Below, piece by piece: positions 44,299-54,015 of a stretch of DNA of 64,000 nt. Source of the stretch: Gemmatimonadales bacterium. GTDB taxonomy: Bacteria > Gemmatimonadota > Gemmatimonadetes > Gemmatimonadales > GWC2-71-9. The stretch lies in NCBI GenBank assembly GCA_036556025.1, contig DATBKD010000053.1, positions 20,326 through 84,325 of the forward strand, read 5' to 3'. Each line of letters opens with the position of its first letter. Within the stretch, counting starts at the first letter, position 1. The notes beneath the pieces are model-generated. The model saw only the letters and a list, made by a program, of their open reading frames with translations. It was not told the origin of the DNA and searched no databases. Position numbers and translations under genes: made by a program.

Positions 44299-45552
44299 TC
44301 AGGGGCTGGCGGCGGAATGAAACATCTGCGCGTAGCGCAGCCGGCCCCCGGTAGCCCAGGGCCGATACCGGTTGGCAAACTCGATCCGCTGGGCCAGCGA
44401 TGGGTGGCTCCCGCGCCAGAGTCGGTGGAGGAGCCCAGGTCGAGGCACGTCGAGGTTCTCCTCTTGCAGCCGGACGAAGGTCAGGGCAGCAGCCCGGTTG
44501 TCACGGGTGAGCTCGAGTCCGAATCGGTCGGCCTCGTGCTCCATGTAGCGGGAGCCGGCCAGCGCGAACGGAGTCACCGCGAAGGAGACCAGGCTGCTCA
44601 GCAGCAGGAGCAGCGGCAACGATGCCACGTCGTCCAGCCGGGCGAAGCCAAACCGTCCGGCGTGCCGTTGGATCAGCCGAGCCGCGAGTCGATGGACCGT
44701 GTAGAGCGAGAGAGTCGCCAGGAGCGTGGCCCCAAGTATAACAGCCAGCGTGTGGTGGAGGACGAAGTGACCCATTTCGTGCCCCACGACGAAGAGAATT
44801 TCACGCGGGGTGAGCCGTGCGAGGATGGTGTCCCACAGCACGATTCGCTTGCTGGCCCCAAAGCCGGTGACGTACGCGTTCACCGTTTTGGTATCGACGC
44901 TCTTCTTGACCTCGTAGACCCGGCTGCGCTCGATCCCCGCTCGGGAGGCTAGCGCCAGGATCCTCATCTCGAGCGCCTTGTTCTCGAGGGGGCCGAACTG
45001 GTTGAAGAGGGGCTCCACCCAGAGCGGGGTGATGACGAGGGCGAGGACGGAGAGCGGGATCGCGGCCAGGCCGGTCCATAGCCACCAGCGGCGCGGACTC
45101 TTTCTCAGTAACCAGTAGGGAATCCAAAGCAGCAACGGCGCCACGATACAGCCCAGGCCGAGCGCCTTGATCCAATCTCCTAGCCACCGGCCCAAGGTTT
45201 GATTGGAGAGGCCGTAGGCGTGTTCCCGTACGAACCCCTGGTACCACGAGAGTGGCAGATTCAACAGGGTCATGAGCACGGTAAACAGCACGCTGTAGAC
45301 GGCGATGCTTCGAAACCAGCGGGCTCCGGCCGCCCGTGCCGCCCAGTCCCGCATTCGGGCGGACAAGCCGGACCATAGCAGCAGCGCCGGGATGAGAAAC
45401 CCCAATGCAGTGTCCGCTACCCAGAGCAGGTCGCCGCTCCGCTGATACTGCCGCGCGAGCGCACTGGGCTCCGGGACCGGTACCTCGGCGGTGGCCGACG
45501 TGTCGGGCTGCTGGATGGTGTCGAGCCGCACGGCGCCGGGTTGATAGGGCAT
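44299..45552 (-). CDS. M48 family zinc metalloprotease (Ste24/HtpX-like)
   Basis: HEMGH zinc motif (VVGHEMGHFVLHH). Multiple N-terminal TM segments. Confidence 0.88.
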   Translation of the reverse strand: MPYQPGAVRLDTIQQPDTSATAEVPVPEPSALARQYQRSGDLLWVADTALGFLIPALLLWSGLSARMRDWAARAAGARWFRSIAVYSVLFTVLMTLLNLPLSWYQGFVREHAYGLSNQTLGRWLGDWIKALGLGCIVAPLLLWIPYWLLRKSPRRWWLWTGLAAIPLSVLALVITPLWVEPLFNQFGPLENKALEMRILALASRAGIERSRVYEVKKSVDTKTVNAYVTGFGASKRIVLWDTILARLTPREILFVVGHEMGHFVLHHTLAVILGATLLATLSLYTVHRLAARLIQRHAGRFGFARLDDVASLPLLLLLSSLVSFAVTPFALAGSRYMEHEADRFGLELTRDNRAAALTFVRLQEENLDVPRPGLLHRLWRGSHPSLAQRIEFANRYRPWATGGRLRYAQMFHSAASP

Positions 45553-45715
45553 GCTAGAAAAGGGAGGAGATGAGTGGAGAGTAATCGAGGGCGGGCGGAC
45601 GATGGAGGTCCGGGTCTGGTCCGTCTTCCCGATTCACTGCAGATTGGTTTCAGCGGCGGACCCGGAATTCGCGGGTCAGGTGATCAACCGCATTGGTCGG
45701 CAACGGAGGTGAGCG

Positions 45716-45925
45716 ATGTTACAGGTGCAAGAGGGACAATGTGGTCTCTGCAGCCACTTTGGAGAGCCCCACGGAAGCGACCAGCAGTTGCTGCAAATTC
45801 GCCACAAGCATGAGGCGCCGGAGACCCTGGTGGACGAGTGCGGTCACCCTCGTCATGCGTCGCTCCACTTGAAGGTCACTCCGATCAGCGGATGTGACGG
45901 GTTCGAGCCTGCCCCATTGATGTGA
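45716..45925 (+). CDS. Small Cys/His-rich protein (69 aa)
   Basis: GGAGGTGAGCG RBS before ATG. CGLC...C...C plus seven His. Family not recognised. Confidence 0.5.
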   Translation: MLQVQEGQCGLCSHFGEPHGSDQQLLQIRHKHEAPETLVDECGHPRHASLHLKVTPISGCDGFEPAPLM

Positions 45926-45941
45926 CCGAGGTCGGCCGGAT

Positions 45942-46118
45942 ATGCAACTGACACTGACGGAGCAGGAAGCAGAGATCCTGAGGGATCTGCTGCACGACTA
46001 CCTGCCCGAGCTGAAAATGGAAGTGGCGCGGACCGATCAGCGGGATCTGCGGCGCCGTCTCGCCCAACGCGAGGATCTTGCCGAGCGGCTCCTGGTGGAC
46101 CTCGCCCGCCCGACGTAG
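45942..46118 (+). CDS. Small helical protein (58 aa), not in the supplied ORF track
   Basis: Hand translation: MQLTLTEQEAEILRDLLHDYLPELKMEVARTDQRDLRRRLAQREDLAERLLVDLARPT. High GC3. Starts 16 nt after the previous small ORF. Confidence 0.45.
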   Translation: MQLTLTEQEAEILRDLLHDYLPELKMEVARTDQRDLRRRLAQREDLAERLLVDLARPT

Positions 46119-46128
46119 CGCCGCACGG

Positions 46129-48081
46129 TCAGGAGATTCGACTCTCGCTGCTGTCGAGTACCTCCCGAACCTTGCGAGCCAGGACCGCCGCACTGAAGGG
46201 CTTCTGGAGAAATGCCGTTCCTCGCTCCAGGATGCCATGGTGTACCACCGCGTCATCAGTGTACCCCGACATGAACAGCACGCTTGCCTCCGGATGGAGG
46301 GCGAGTAGCCTCTCGACCAGCTCCCGTCCGCCGAGTCCGGGCATGATGACGTCAGTGGCGATCAAATCGATGGCCCCGGGATGCGATCGCGCCAGCCTCA
46401 ACGCCTCCTCTCCGCCGCTCGAAGCCAGCACCAGGTAGCCCTGCCGGGTCAGAATCTGATGCACCACCTTCCGCAGCGGGGCCTCGTCCTCCACCAATAG
46501 GATGGTCTCCACTCCGCGAGCCGGTGCGGAAGCCGGGGGGCTGGGCGGGACCACGTCGAGCGCCTCGTACACCCGCGGCAGATAGACCTTGAACGTGGCC
46601 CCCTGGTTCGGCTCGCTGTACACCCAGATGAATCCCCCACTCTGCTTCACGATCCCGTAGACCGTCGAGAGCCCTAACCCGGTGCCTTTCCCCGGCTCCT
46701 TAGTCGTGTAGAACGGCTCGAAGATCCGGCTCTGCTCTTCCCGGTCCATGCCGCAGCCGGTATCACTCACTGCCAGCATGACGTAGTCTCCCGGCGTGAC
46801 CATCTCATGCACCGCCCGATACTGCTCGTCAAACACGGCGTTCCCGGTCTCGATAGTAAGGCGGCCACCACCCGGCATCGCGTCGCGGGCATTGACCGCG
46901 AGATTCATGATCACTTGCTCCACCTGACCGGGATCGGCCCTGACGTGGCCCAGCTCGGGAGCCAGCCTGGTCTCCAGCGTAATGTCCTCACCGATGATCC
47001 GGCGGAGCATCTTGTCGGTGCCCGCGACGATCTCGTTGAGATCGAGCACCTTGAGCGCCAGCATCTGGGAGCGACTGAAGGCGAGCAGTTGACGGGTCAG
47101 GCCCGCGGCGCGGTGCGCGGCGCGACTGATCTCCTGGGCGTCGACCCGCCTGGGATCCTTGGGCGACAAGTCCTCGGCCAACAGATCGGCATAGCTGAGG
47201 ATGGCCGAAAGGACGTTGTTGAAGTCGTGAGCGATGCCGCCGGCCAGGCGTCCTACCGCTTCCATCTTCTGGGCCTGACGCAGCTGCATCTCGAGCTGCT
47301 TGGCCTCGGTCACGTCGCGGGAGATGCCGAAGATCCCGGCGACTTTCCCTCTGGGGTCGCGGTAGATTCCCTTGGAGCTGAGAAATCTCCGGGTCTTCCC
47401 CTTGACCGAGAGCGACTCCTCATAGGTCCTGGTCTTCTCCTCGGCGATCACCTCCAGCTCCGCCCGCCGAATCGCCTCCGCCGCCTTGCCCGGAAAGAGG
47501 TCCTGGTCAGTGTGCCCGATGATCTCATCGGCCGGTTTGCCGATCAGAGCCGCATCGGCCGAGTTCACCATCAGGTAGCGACCCTCGAGGTCCTTGACGA
47601 AGACCAGGTCGGTGGTGCCTTCGATGACCGAGCGCATCATCGCCAGGCTGTGGCGCAGCGCTTCCTCTGCGCGTCGCTGCTCGGTGAGGCGCGCTTCCAG
47701 ATCAGCGGCTTGCCGGTGGTACCTCGCCTGGGTCACGTCTCGAAGGCACAAGACGAGGTACGGTCTCCCTTCACTTTCCTGCGGCACCTTGAGGGAGACA
47801 TCCACGTAGACGGGAGAACCATTGGCGTGGCGGCAATCGCACTCGAAGCTGGCTTGACCGGCCTGGGTCGCTTCCCGAATGCTTACGAGCACGTCATTCG
47901 CCTGGTCGGGAGCGACGATGAGGTCGATCAGGTTTCGTCCTAGCGCGTCTTCCGGGGCGATGCCGAAGATGGCCTCGGCGGCCCGGTTCCAGAACAGGAC
48001 GTCGTACGTCGGCGTGAGGGCGATGAGCGCCTCGGGTAAGGCGTCGAAGGAGGGCGAAAAGGTAGGACGCGGGTCGGCCAC
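46129..48081 (-). CDS. Hybrid sensor histidine kinase/response regulator with N-terminal PAS domains
   Basis: PAS modules, H-box AHDFNNVLSAI, HATPase (GTGLGLS), C-terminal receiver domain (LVEDE...DVIMPG). Confidence 0.9.
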   Translation of the reverse strand: MADPRPTFSPSFDALPEALIALTPTYDVLFWNRAAEAIFGIAPEDALGRNLIDLIVAPDQANDVLVSIREATQAGQASFECDCRHANGSPVYVDVSLKVPQESEGRPYLVLCLRDVTQARYHRQAADLEARLTEQRRAEEALRHSLAMMRSVIEGTTDLVFVKDLEGRYLMVNSADAALIGKPADEIIGHTDQDLFPGKAAEAIRRAELEVIAEEKTRTYEESLSVKGKTRRFLSSKGIYRDPRGKVAGIFGISRDVTEAKQLEMQLRQAQKMEAVGRLAGGIAHDFNNVLSAILSYADLLAEDLSPKDPRRVDAQEISRAAHRAAGLTRQLLAFSRSQMLALKVLDLNEIVAGTDKMLRRIIGEDITLETRLAPELGHVRADPGQVEQVIMNLAVNARDAMPGGGRLTIETGNAVFDEQYRAVHEMVTPGDYVMLAVSDTGCGMDREEQSRIFEPFYTTKEPGKGTGLGLSTVYGIVKQSGGFIWVYSEPNQGATFKVYLPRVYEALDVVPPSPPASAPARGVETILLVEDEAPLRKVVHQILTRQGYLVLASSGGEEALRLARSHPGAIDLIATDVIMPGLGGRELVERLLALHPEASVLFMSGYTDDAVVHHGILERGTAFLQKPFSAAVLARKVREVLDSSESRIS

Positions 48082-48262
48082 GGACTTCTCCGGACAGGCT
48101 GCGCCTGGTCGGTCCTCTGGTCGTTCGGGCGAGTCTTTTGTGAGGAGGAAATGAAAGATTGGAACGGGCAGCCCAACCCGGTATCAGCCGGTGCCGAACC
48201 GCAGCCTCCGAGGCGAGCCGACACGGTATCGGCGCCCGTCCTACACACCGGAGAGGAGCGGG

Positions 48263-48919
48263 CTAGGCCAGGCCGTGCGTCATGGCGTAACGCACCAGAT
48301 CGGCGTTGGTCTTGAAGTGCATCTTGGACAGCAGGCGAACCCGGTGAGTGCTCACCGTCTTGACGCTCACCTTGAGCTCCGCGGCGATTTCCTTGACCGA
48401 GCGGCCTCGCGCGAGCAGGCGAAACACTTCGTATTCGCGCTCGGACAGCCGCTCGTGGGGCTCCCGAAAGCCACCCGGGCGAAGCCGGGAGCCAAGGGAT
48501 TCGGCGAGAGTGGCGCTCACGTAGGTCCGTCCTGAGTTCACCCGGCGAATGGCCTCGACCAGTTCATCCGGGGTTCGCTCCTTGGTGAGATACCCCGACG
48601 CGCCCGCCTTGAGCGCGCGCATGGCGTAGAGATCCTCTCCATACATGCTCAGAACCAACACCGCCAGCCGCGGATGGCGCCGCCTCACCTGAGAGAGCAC
48701 CTCCAGCAACCCCGGGCCCGGCATGGCCACGTCGAGCAGGAGGACATCGGCGTCGGACCGGGCCAACCGCTCGAGCACTTCTTCTCCGGTGGCGGCCTCC
48801 CCCACGACGTGGAATTCCGCCCCCAGCGACACAATCCGGCGCAATCCCTCGCGCACGATCGGATGATCGTCCGCGATGAACACCTTGATCGTGCGCGACG
48901 CCGTCTCCAGTGCATTCAT
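48263..48919 (-). CDS. NarL/LuxR-family response regulator
   Basis: Receiver (VFIADDHPIVREGL, LLLDVAMPG) plus LuxR HTH (LSEREYEVFRLLARGRSVKEIAAEL). Confidence 0.92.
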   Translation of the reverse strand: MNALETASRTIKVFIADDHPIVREGLRRIVSLGAEFHVVGEAATGEEVLERLARSDADVLLLDVAMPGPGLLEVLSQVRRRHPRLAVLVLSMYGEDLYAMRALKAGASGYLTKERTPDELVEAIRRVNSGRTYVSATLAESLGSRLRPGGFREPHERLSEREYEVFRLLARGRSVKEIAAELKVSVKTVSTHRVRLLSKMHFKTNADLVRYAMTHGLA

Positions 48920-51066
48920 AGGGACGGACCCTTCTGTTCACGTGGGCGAAGCGGGATGCGGACGACGATTCTGGTCCCACGTTTCGGTACTCCCCAGACT
49001 GTGAAGCTGCCGCCACAGCCGCCGGCCCGTTCCCGCATGCCCAGCAGTCCCAAGGAGCGCTCCCCGCTGATATCGGCGTCGGCAATGCCGGCCCCGTTGT
49101 CGCTGAGCTGCAGCGTCAGCCGGGCTCCCCTCGCGGTCAGCTTGATGCGGACCCGGGTCGCGCCGGCGTGGCGGGCCACATTGGTGAGCGCCTCCTGGAT
49201 GATCCGGAACAAGGCGGTGGCCGCCTCGGCGCCGGCCCGAGGCAAGCGGACGGGAAGCCGCAAATCGCAATGGATGCCGGTGCGCCGCTCGAACCGGCGG
49301 ACGTACGAGTCGACCGCATCGAGCAACCCCAGCTCGTCCAGGAGATCGGGCCTCAGCTCGGAGGCAATATCTCGGACGCTGACGGTGATCGCATCGATGG
49401 TGCGCAGCATGGAGCGCGCCGGATCCTGCAACTCGCTGCCCGCCAGCGGCGGCTGAGCGACGAGCCAGGCCAGGTCCATCTTGAGCCCTGTGAGCGACTG
49501 CCCCAGCTCGTCGTGCAGCTCACGGGATATCCGGGCCTGCTCCTCCTCTCGCGCGGCATCCAGCCGGGTCGCGAGCAGCCGAAGCTCTTCGTGCATCACC
49601 CGGACCTCGCGCTCCAGGCGGTGGCGCTCCGACGCATCAGTTCCACGCGCCGGATCCGGCGCACCCCTGCAGAGGACGAGCAGCTCCCTCCCGCGATCAG
49701 TGGGACCCTCCAGGGTCTGGATTGAGAGGTCGACGCTGACCAGGGTGCCGTCCTTGCGCGCCTGGGGCAATCGTGCCCGGAACGGGCCGCTCAGGCCAAC
49801 CATCTGGTGAAGGTGAGCCCAGGAGCCCAGCGCGCTGCCCAGCCGCAGCAGATCATCGCCGGCGCGACCCAGGGCCTCCTCAGTGGTCCAGCCAAAGAGG
49901 GTTTCCGCCGCGCGATTCCAAGTCACAATCCGGAATCGTTCATCCAGTGCGATGATCGCATCCTGCACGCTATCCAGCATCCGGCTCTGGCGCGCAGCGG
50001 TCTCCTCGGCTCGCTTTTGGCCGGTGACATCCTGAAGCGTCGAGAGCACCGCTTGGGGCTGGCCCGCTGGATTTCGAATGAGGGATGCGGAGTGGCGTAG
50101 CAGAATGGGAGAGGAGTCCGGCCGAGTGTACTGGAGCTCGAGCTCCCAGCCCGGCCCGCCCGCCGCCAGGCCCTGCATGAGATCCATCGCCCGAGGCAGG
50201 TCAGGTGGGTGGACGAAGCTCAGGAAGGTCCGGCCCAGCAGCTGCGACATGGACCGGCCAAGGAGGTTGCAACATCCCTGATTCACCGAAAGGATGCGCC
50301 CGGTCAGATCGCTATCGCAGATGCCGAGCGATTCCTCCTGCAGAATGGCCTGGAGCCGGTTCTCGGTCTCCCGCCGAAGCTCTTCCGCCCGCCGGCGCCG
50401 GGTGATGTCGGCACTCACCAGCATGACCTCGGTGACCGCACCAGCCCGGCTCACCGGTATGACCCGATTGTCCAGCCAGAATCGCTCCGAGCCGCGCTGA
50501 CCCACGGTTTCGTACTGGTCCGCGACGCCAGTCTCGAATACCCGTTCGACCGCCGCCTGGAGCACGCCCCGGTGCTCGCCGGTCAGCACGTCGTAAAGCC
50601 GCTCGCCCGGTTGAATGTCGAGATGGGAATCGGCCAACCGATGATTGAGGTACTTGATCCTGCCTTGGCGGTCGAGCAGGGCAACGAATTCCAAAGCGTG
50701 CTCCGCCCACGACCGCCAGCGGGCGTCTCCTAGGAATCCACTGTTGTTGAGGTCATGCTCCAGCGAGCTCGCCCGGCTGGCAGTCCCCTGACCCCGGCGT
50801 TCGCGCTTCGGCTGACTCACGCTCAGGCTCCGACCGACAACTGGACGAGTACGGGGATAGTTTGGGCCAACCCGGGGAGACGCCGGATCAATCCGTGGGC
50901 AAGAAACCAGTTCCAGCCGCGGAGGGGGATGAAGGCATGCCCTGCGGGGACCGTAACGCTCATCGTTAGTTGTAGAGGTCCACAGAGCCGGCCTCGAGGG
51001 GCGGCCCTGGCATGCAGGACGGGAGTACCTCGGCCCCGAGTCTTCGAGTCCGAAGTATACTGTCAA
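48916..51066 (-). CDS. Multi-PAS sensor histidine kinase (HisKA_3 / NarX-type)
   Basis: Several PAS domains. H-box ISRELHDELGQSLTGL. HATPase_c tail. ATGA-type overlap with the response regulator. The true start is uncertain and probably lies downstream of 51066. Confidence 0.85.
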   Translation of the reverse strand: MTVYFGLEDSGPRYSRPACQGRPSRPALWTSTTNDERYGPRRACLHPPPRLELVSCPRIDPASPRVGPNYPRTRPVVGRSLSVSQPKRERRGQGTASRASSLEHDLNNSGFLGDARWRSWAEHALEFVALLDRQGRIKYLNHRLADSHLDIQPGERLYDVLTGEHRGVLQAAVERVFETGVADQYETVGQRGSERFWLDNRVIPVSRAGAVTEVMLVSADITRRRRAEELRRETENRLQAILQEESLGICDSDLTGRILSVNQGCCNLLGRSMSQLLGRTFLSFVHPPDLPRAMDLMQGLAAGGPGWELELQYTRPDSSPILLRHSASLIRNPAGQPQAVLSTLQDVTGQKRAEETAARQSRMLDSVQDAIIALDERFRIVTWNRAAETLFGWTTEEALGRAGDDLLRLGSALGSWAHLHQMVGLSGPFRARLPQARKDGTLVSVDLSIQTLEGPTDRGRELLVLCRGAPDPARGTDASERHRLEREVRVMHEELRLLATRLDAAREEEQARISRELHDELGQSLTGLKMDLAWLVAQPPLAGSELQDPARSMLRTIDAITVSVRDIASELRPDLLDELGLLDAVDSYVRRFERRTGIHCDLRLPVRLPRAGAEAATALFRIIQEALTNVARHAGATRVRIKLTARGARLTLQLSDNGAGIADADISGERSLGLLGMRERAGGCGGSFTVWGVPKRGTRIVVRIPLRPREQKGPSL

Positions 51067-51237
51067 TATGGTGGCCCCATGCTGATTCGTCTAGAAGAAT
51101 CGTTACAGCCAGCTGGTTCAACCCGCTCGCGATCGGGGAGTTACGACTGACAAGAAACGGTTCAGCGAAACGTTTTCATTTTCTCGTTCTCCAACCAGCG
51201 CGGCTGCGGGCTCGGCCCTTCCCTGATAGCTTGGGGG

Positions 51238-51552
51238 ATGGCTTTCTACCTCGTATCAGCGACGCCCCGCCCCTCGCTGATGGACGAACTGTCTCACCGT
51301 CTCACCCAGGGAGAGTTCACTCGGCTCAGGCCGTTTGGCCCCTCCCTCACCCAAGCGCTGCGTGAAGCGAGACGCCTTCCCAATGGACGTGCCATGTGGG
51401 AAGAAGAGGACTACTGTGAGCCACCCCTCGCGCAGGAACGGGCAGCCGTGCTCGACCACTACTTCGACGGGCTGACGACAGAACCCGTCATCCAGGGTAC
51501 CGGATGGGCCCTGATCCAGGACTTTCCTCCCCTGTTCCCCGACCTCGCCTGA
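51238..51552 (+). CDS. Hypothetical protein (104 aa)
   Basis: ORF with coding-like composition. No family recognised. Confidence 0.45.
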   Translation: MAFYLVSATPRPSLMDELSHRLTQGEFTRLRPFGPSLTQALREARRLPNGRAMWEEEDYCEPPLAQERAAVLDHYFDGLTTEPVIQGTGWALIQDFPPLFPDLA

Positions 51553-51568
51553 CTATTCCGAGGCTCCG

Positions 51569-53041
51569 ATGCGTTCAGCTGTGCTGCTTCTCCTCTCCTG
51601 CGTTGGCTTTTCCGCTCAAGCTCAAATTCCGAGCCGCGAATACGCTCAACGGCGTCAGGCTCTCATGCAACAGATCGACAGCGGCTTCGTGTTCTCGGCG
51701 GGAGGTCGTGACCCGGTCAACCACTTTCCGGACTTCTATCAGATTCCGGCTTTTCGCTATCTCACCGGATACCTGGAGCCCGACGCGTCGCTGGTCCTGC
51801 TCAAGCGGGCCCGCGGTGCAGCCGGCATTCTCTTTGTGCCTCCGACCAATCTCAGAGCGGCGCTCTACAATGGGCGCTTCACGGATTCCGCCGCGCTGGG
51901 GCGGGAGAACGGGCTGCAGGTGCGCTACGCCGCTGGACTGCTTCCCCTCCTCGACTCCCTGTCGCAAACCGGGCTTCCACTTTACGTGGTGGGCGACTTC
52001 CAGTCCAACGAGTTCGCCCGCAGCGACACCCTGTCCTTTTCTCGAACCCTGGTCCGACAGCTTCAGGAGAGACATGCCTCGCTCCAGGTGCGGGACGCCA
52101 CCCCTATGGTGGATCGACTGCGCGCTCATCGGAGCCCGGCGGAGCTGGCCTTACTTCGGAAAGCCATCGAGATCAGCGACAAGGGCCATCTCGCGGCTAT
52201 GGAGATGATCGCGCCCGGCCGAAGTGAAAACGAGGTGCAGGCGACGATGGAGTACACCTTTCGCCGGCTGGGTGGTGACCGACCCGCCTATACCTCGATC
52301 GTCGGATCAGGCCCCAACTCCACGGTACTCCACTATCCTGCCGGGCGAAGAGTGCTCCAGGCGGGCGAGGTCGTACTGATGGATGTGGCCACCGGCTACG
52401 AGGGGTATGCCGCCGACATTACGCGCACGGTTCCCGTCGGCGGCAGCTTCACCCCGGGCCAGCGGGCGATCTATCAGATCGTGCTGGACGCGCAGAAGAC
52501 GGCCGAACGACTGGTGAAGCCGGGCGCCTCCAGGGACACGGCGTATGGCTCGGCCCGGGTCGTCGTCAAGCAGGGTCTTGCCAAATTGGGGCTGATCGAA
52601 TCACCTGACGCGGTCTTCGATGCCCCGGAAGGTCTCTGCCCCGTCCGCCCGGGACTGCGCAAAGAAGGTGAACTTTGCCCCCAATGGTATCTCTACAGCT
52701 ACCACGGGTACGGTCATGGGATTGGTCTGGATGTCCACGATCCCGCCCAGTACAGCGATGTACCGCCGTTCACCTTCCAGGTGGGCGACGCGTTCACCAT
52801 CGAACCGGGACTCTACGTCCGCGCTTCGGCTCTGGACGGCTTGCCGGATACGCCCCGGAACCGCGTCATGATCAACAAGGTGAGACCGGCCGTTGGGCGA
52901 TACCAGAACATCGGGGTGCGCATCGAAGACGATTACTTCGTGACGCCGACGGGGGTGGAGCGAGTGTCTCAGGCGCCGCGCGAAATCTCCGAGGTGGAGG
53001 CGGCCATGACTCGCCCCCGGGCCGCTCGGACGACACGATAG
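51569..53041 (+). CDS. Xaa-Pro aminopeptidase (M24B), secreted
   Basis: Signal peptide. AMP_N-like N-domain. M24 metal ligands region HGYGHGIGLDVHD, and EPG, RIED. Confidence 0.88.
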   Translation: MRSAVLLLLSCVGFSAQAQIPSREYAQRRQALMQQIDSGFVFSAGGRDPVNHFPDFYQIPAFRYLTGYLEPDASLVLLKRARGAAGILFVPPTNLRAALYNGRFTDSAALGRENGLQVRYAAGLLPLLDSLSQTGLPLYVVGDFQSNEFARSDTLSFSRTLVRQLQERHASLQVRDATPMVDRLRAHRSPAELALLRKAIEISDKGHLAAMEMIAPGRSENEVQATMEYTFRRLGGDRPAYTSIVGSGPNSTVLHYPAGRRVLQAGEVVLMDVATGYEGYAADITRTVPVGGSFTPGQRAIYQIVLDAQKTAERLVKPGASRDTAYGSARVVVKQGLAKLGLIESPDAVFDAPEGLCPVRPGLRKEGELCPQWYLYSYHGYGHGIGLDVHDPAQYSDVPPFTFQVGDAFTIEPGLYVRASALDGLPDTPRNRVMINKVRPAVGRYQNIGVRIEDDYFVTPTGVERVSQAPREISEVEAAMTRPRAARTTR

Positions 53042-53067
53042 CGTGCTCGTAACGGAGGCTCGCTGAT

Positions 53068-53862
53068 ATGGACCTCGAGCTGAGAGGCCGCAGGGCACTG
53101 GTTACCGGCTCGACCGCCGGCATCGGGTTCGCCACGGCCCAGGCGCTCGCGGCCGAGGGCGCTGCCGTCATGGTGAATGGCCGGGGCGAGGATCGAGTCG
53201 CCAGTGCCATTCGTGCCATCAAGGCCGCGGTTCCTGGGGCCCATGTGGGAGGCGTCGCCGCCGACCTCGGTACCGCAGCAGGTTGTGAGCTGGTGACCCG
53301 AGAGGTGCCCTGGGTTGATATCCTGGTCAACAATGTCGGTATCTTCGAGCCTAAACAGTTCCAGGACATTTCCGACGCCGACTGGCTTCGCTTCTTCGAG
53401 ACCAACGTGCTCAGTGGAGTGCGCCTCAGCCGGTTCTATCTGCCCGAGATGCTGGCTCGGAACTGGGGGCGCATCGTATTCGTCTCCAGCGAATCGGCGC
53501 TGCAGATTCCCGTCGAAATGATTCACTACGGCATGACCAAGACGGCGCAGCTGGCGGTGGCACGAGGGCTCGCGGAGACGACAGTTGGCACTGGCGTGAC
53601 GGTGAACAGTGTGCTGCCGGGCCCCACGGCGTCCGAGGGCGTCGGCGATTTCGTCCAGCGTCTCGCGCAGAGCCGGGGCACCGATTTCGAGACCATGGAG
53701 CGCGAGTTCTTCGCCACCGCGCGGCCCAGCTCGCTGCTCCGCCGGTTTGCCAAGCCGGAAGAAGTGGCAGCCATGATCGTCTACATCTGCAGTGCCCGAG
53801 CTTCGGCCACCAACGGCGCGGCGCTGCGAGTGGATGGGGGAGTGGTGAGGGCAGTGGTATAG
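53068..53862 (+). CDS. SDR-family oxidoreductase
   Basis: TGSTAGIGFA cofactor motif, NNVG, YGMTK catalytic YxxxK. Confidence 0.9.
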   Translation: MDLELRGRRALVTGSTAGIGFATAQALAAEGAAVMVNGRGEDRVASAIRAIKAAVPGAHVGGVAADLGTAAGCELVTREVPWVDILVNNVGIFEPKQFQDISDADWLRFFETNVLSGVRLSRFYLPEMLARNWGRIVFVSSESALQIPVEMIHYGMTKTAQLAVARGLAETTVGTGVTVNSVLPGPTASEGVGDFVQRLAQSRGTDFETMEREFFATARPSSLLRRFAKPEEVAAMIVYICSARASATNGAALRVDGGVVRAVV

Positions 53863-53870
53863 GGAACTGC

Positions 53871-54015
53871 GGTGAAGCGCGAAACGTGCAAAGTGAAGAG
53901 CGAGGGCGAGGGATGAGGAGGCCACCCCGCTGCTCCCCTTCACTCTTCACTCTCCACCCTCCAACCTCCACCCTTCACTCTTCACTTTTCACGTTTTCAC
54001 CTTCACCTTCACCCC
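53871..54015. repeat. Heptamer-word inverted repeat: purine arm (GGTGAAG...GTGAAGA GCGAGG GCGAGG...) and 11-unit pyrimidine arm (CCCTTCA CTCTTCA CTCTCCA CCCTCCA ACCTCCA CCCTTCA CTCTTCA CTTTTCA ...)
   Basis: Read directly. Outer arms: GTGAAGcgcGAAACGTGcAAAGTGAAGAG versus the reverse complement of CTCTTCACTTTTCACGTTTTCACCTTCAC. Fills the whole spacer from 9 nt after the SDR stop up to ATG 54016. Confidence 0.9.

Noticed and set aside
45893-45915. tRNA-like T-loop sequence GGGTTCGAGCCTGCCCC.
   Set aside because: The flanking bases do not form a T-stem or any acceptor/anticodon arms. It lies inside a small ORF.
51140-51175. GAAACGgttcagcGAAACGTTTTC with the palindrome AAACGTTT upstream of the 51238 ORF, as an operator.
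   Set aside because: It is a single short palindrome in an AT-richer spacer with no second copy or known motif. That is too weak to call.
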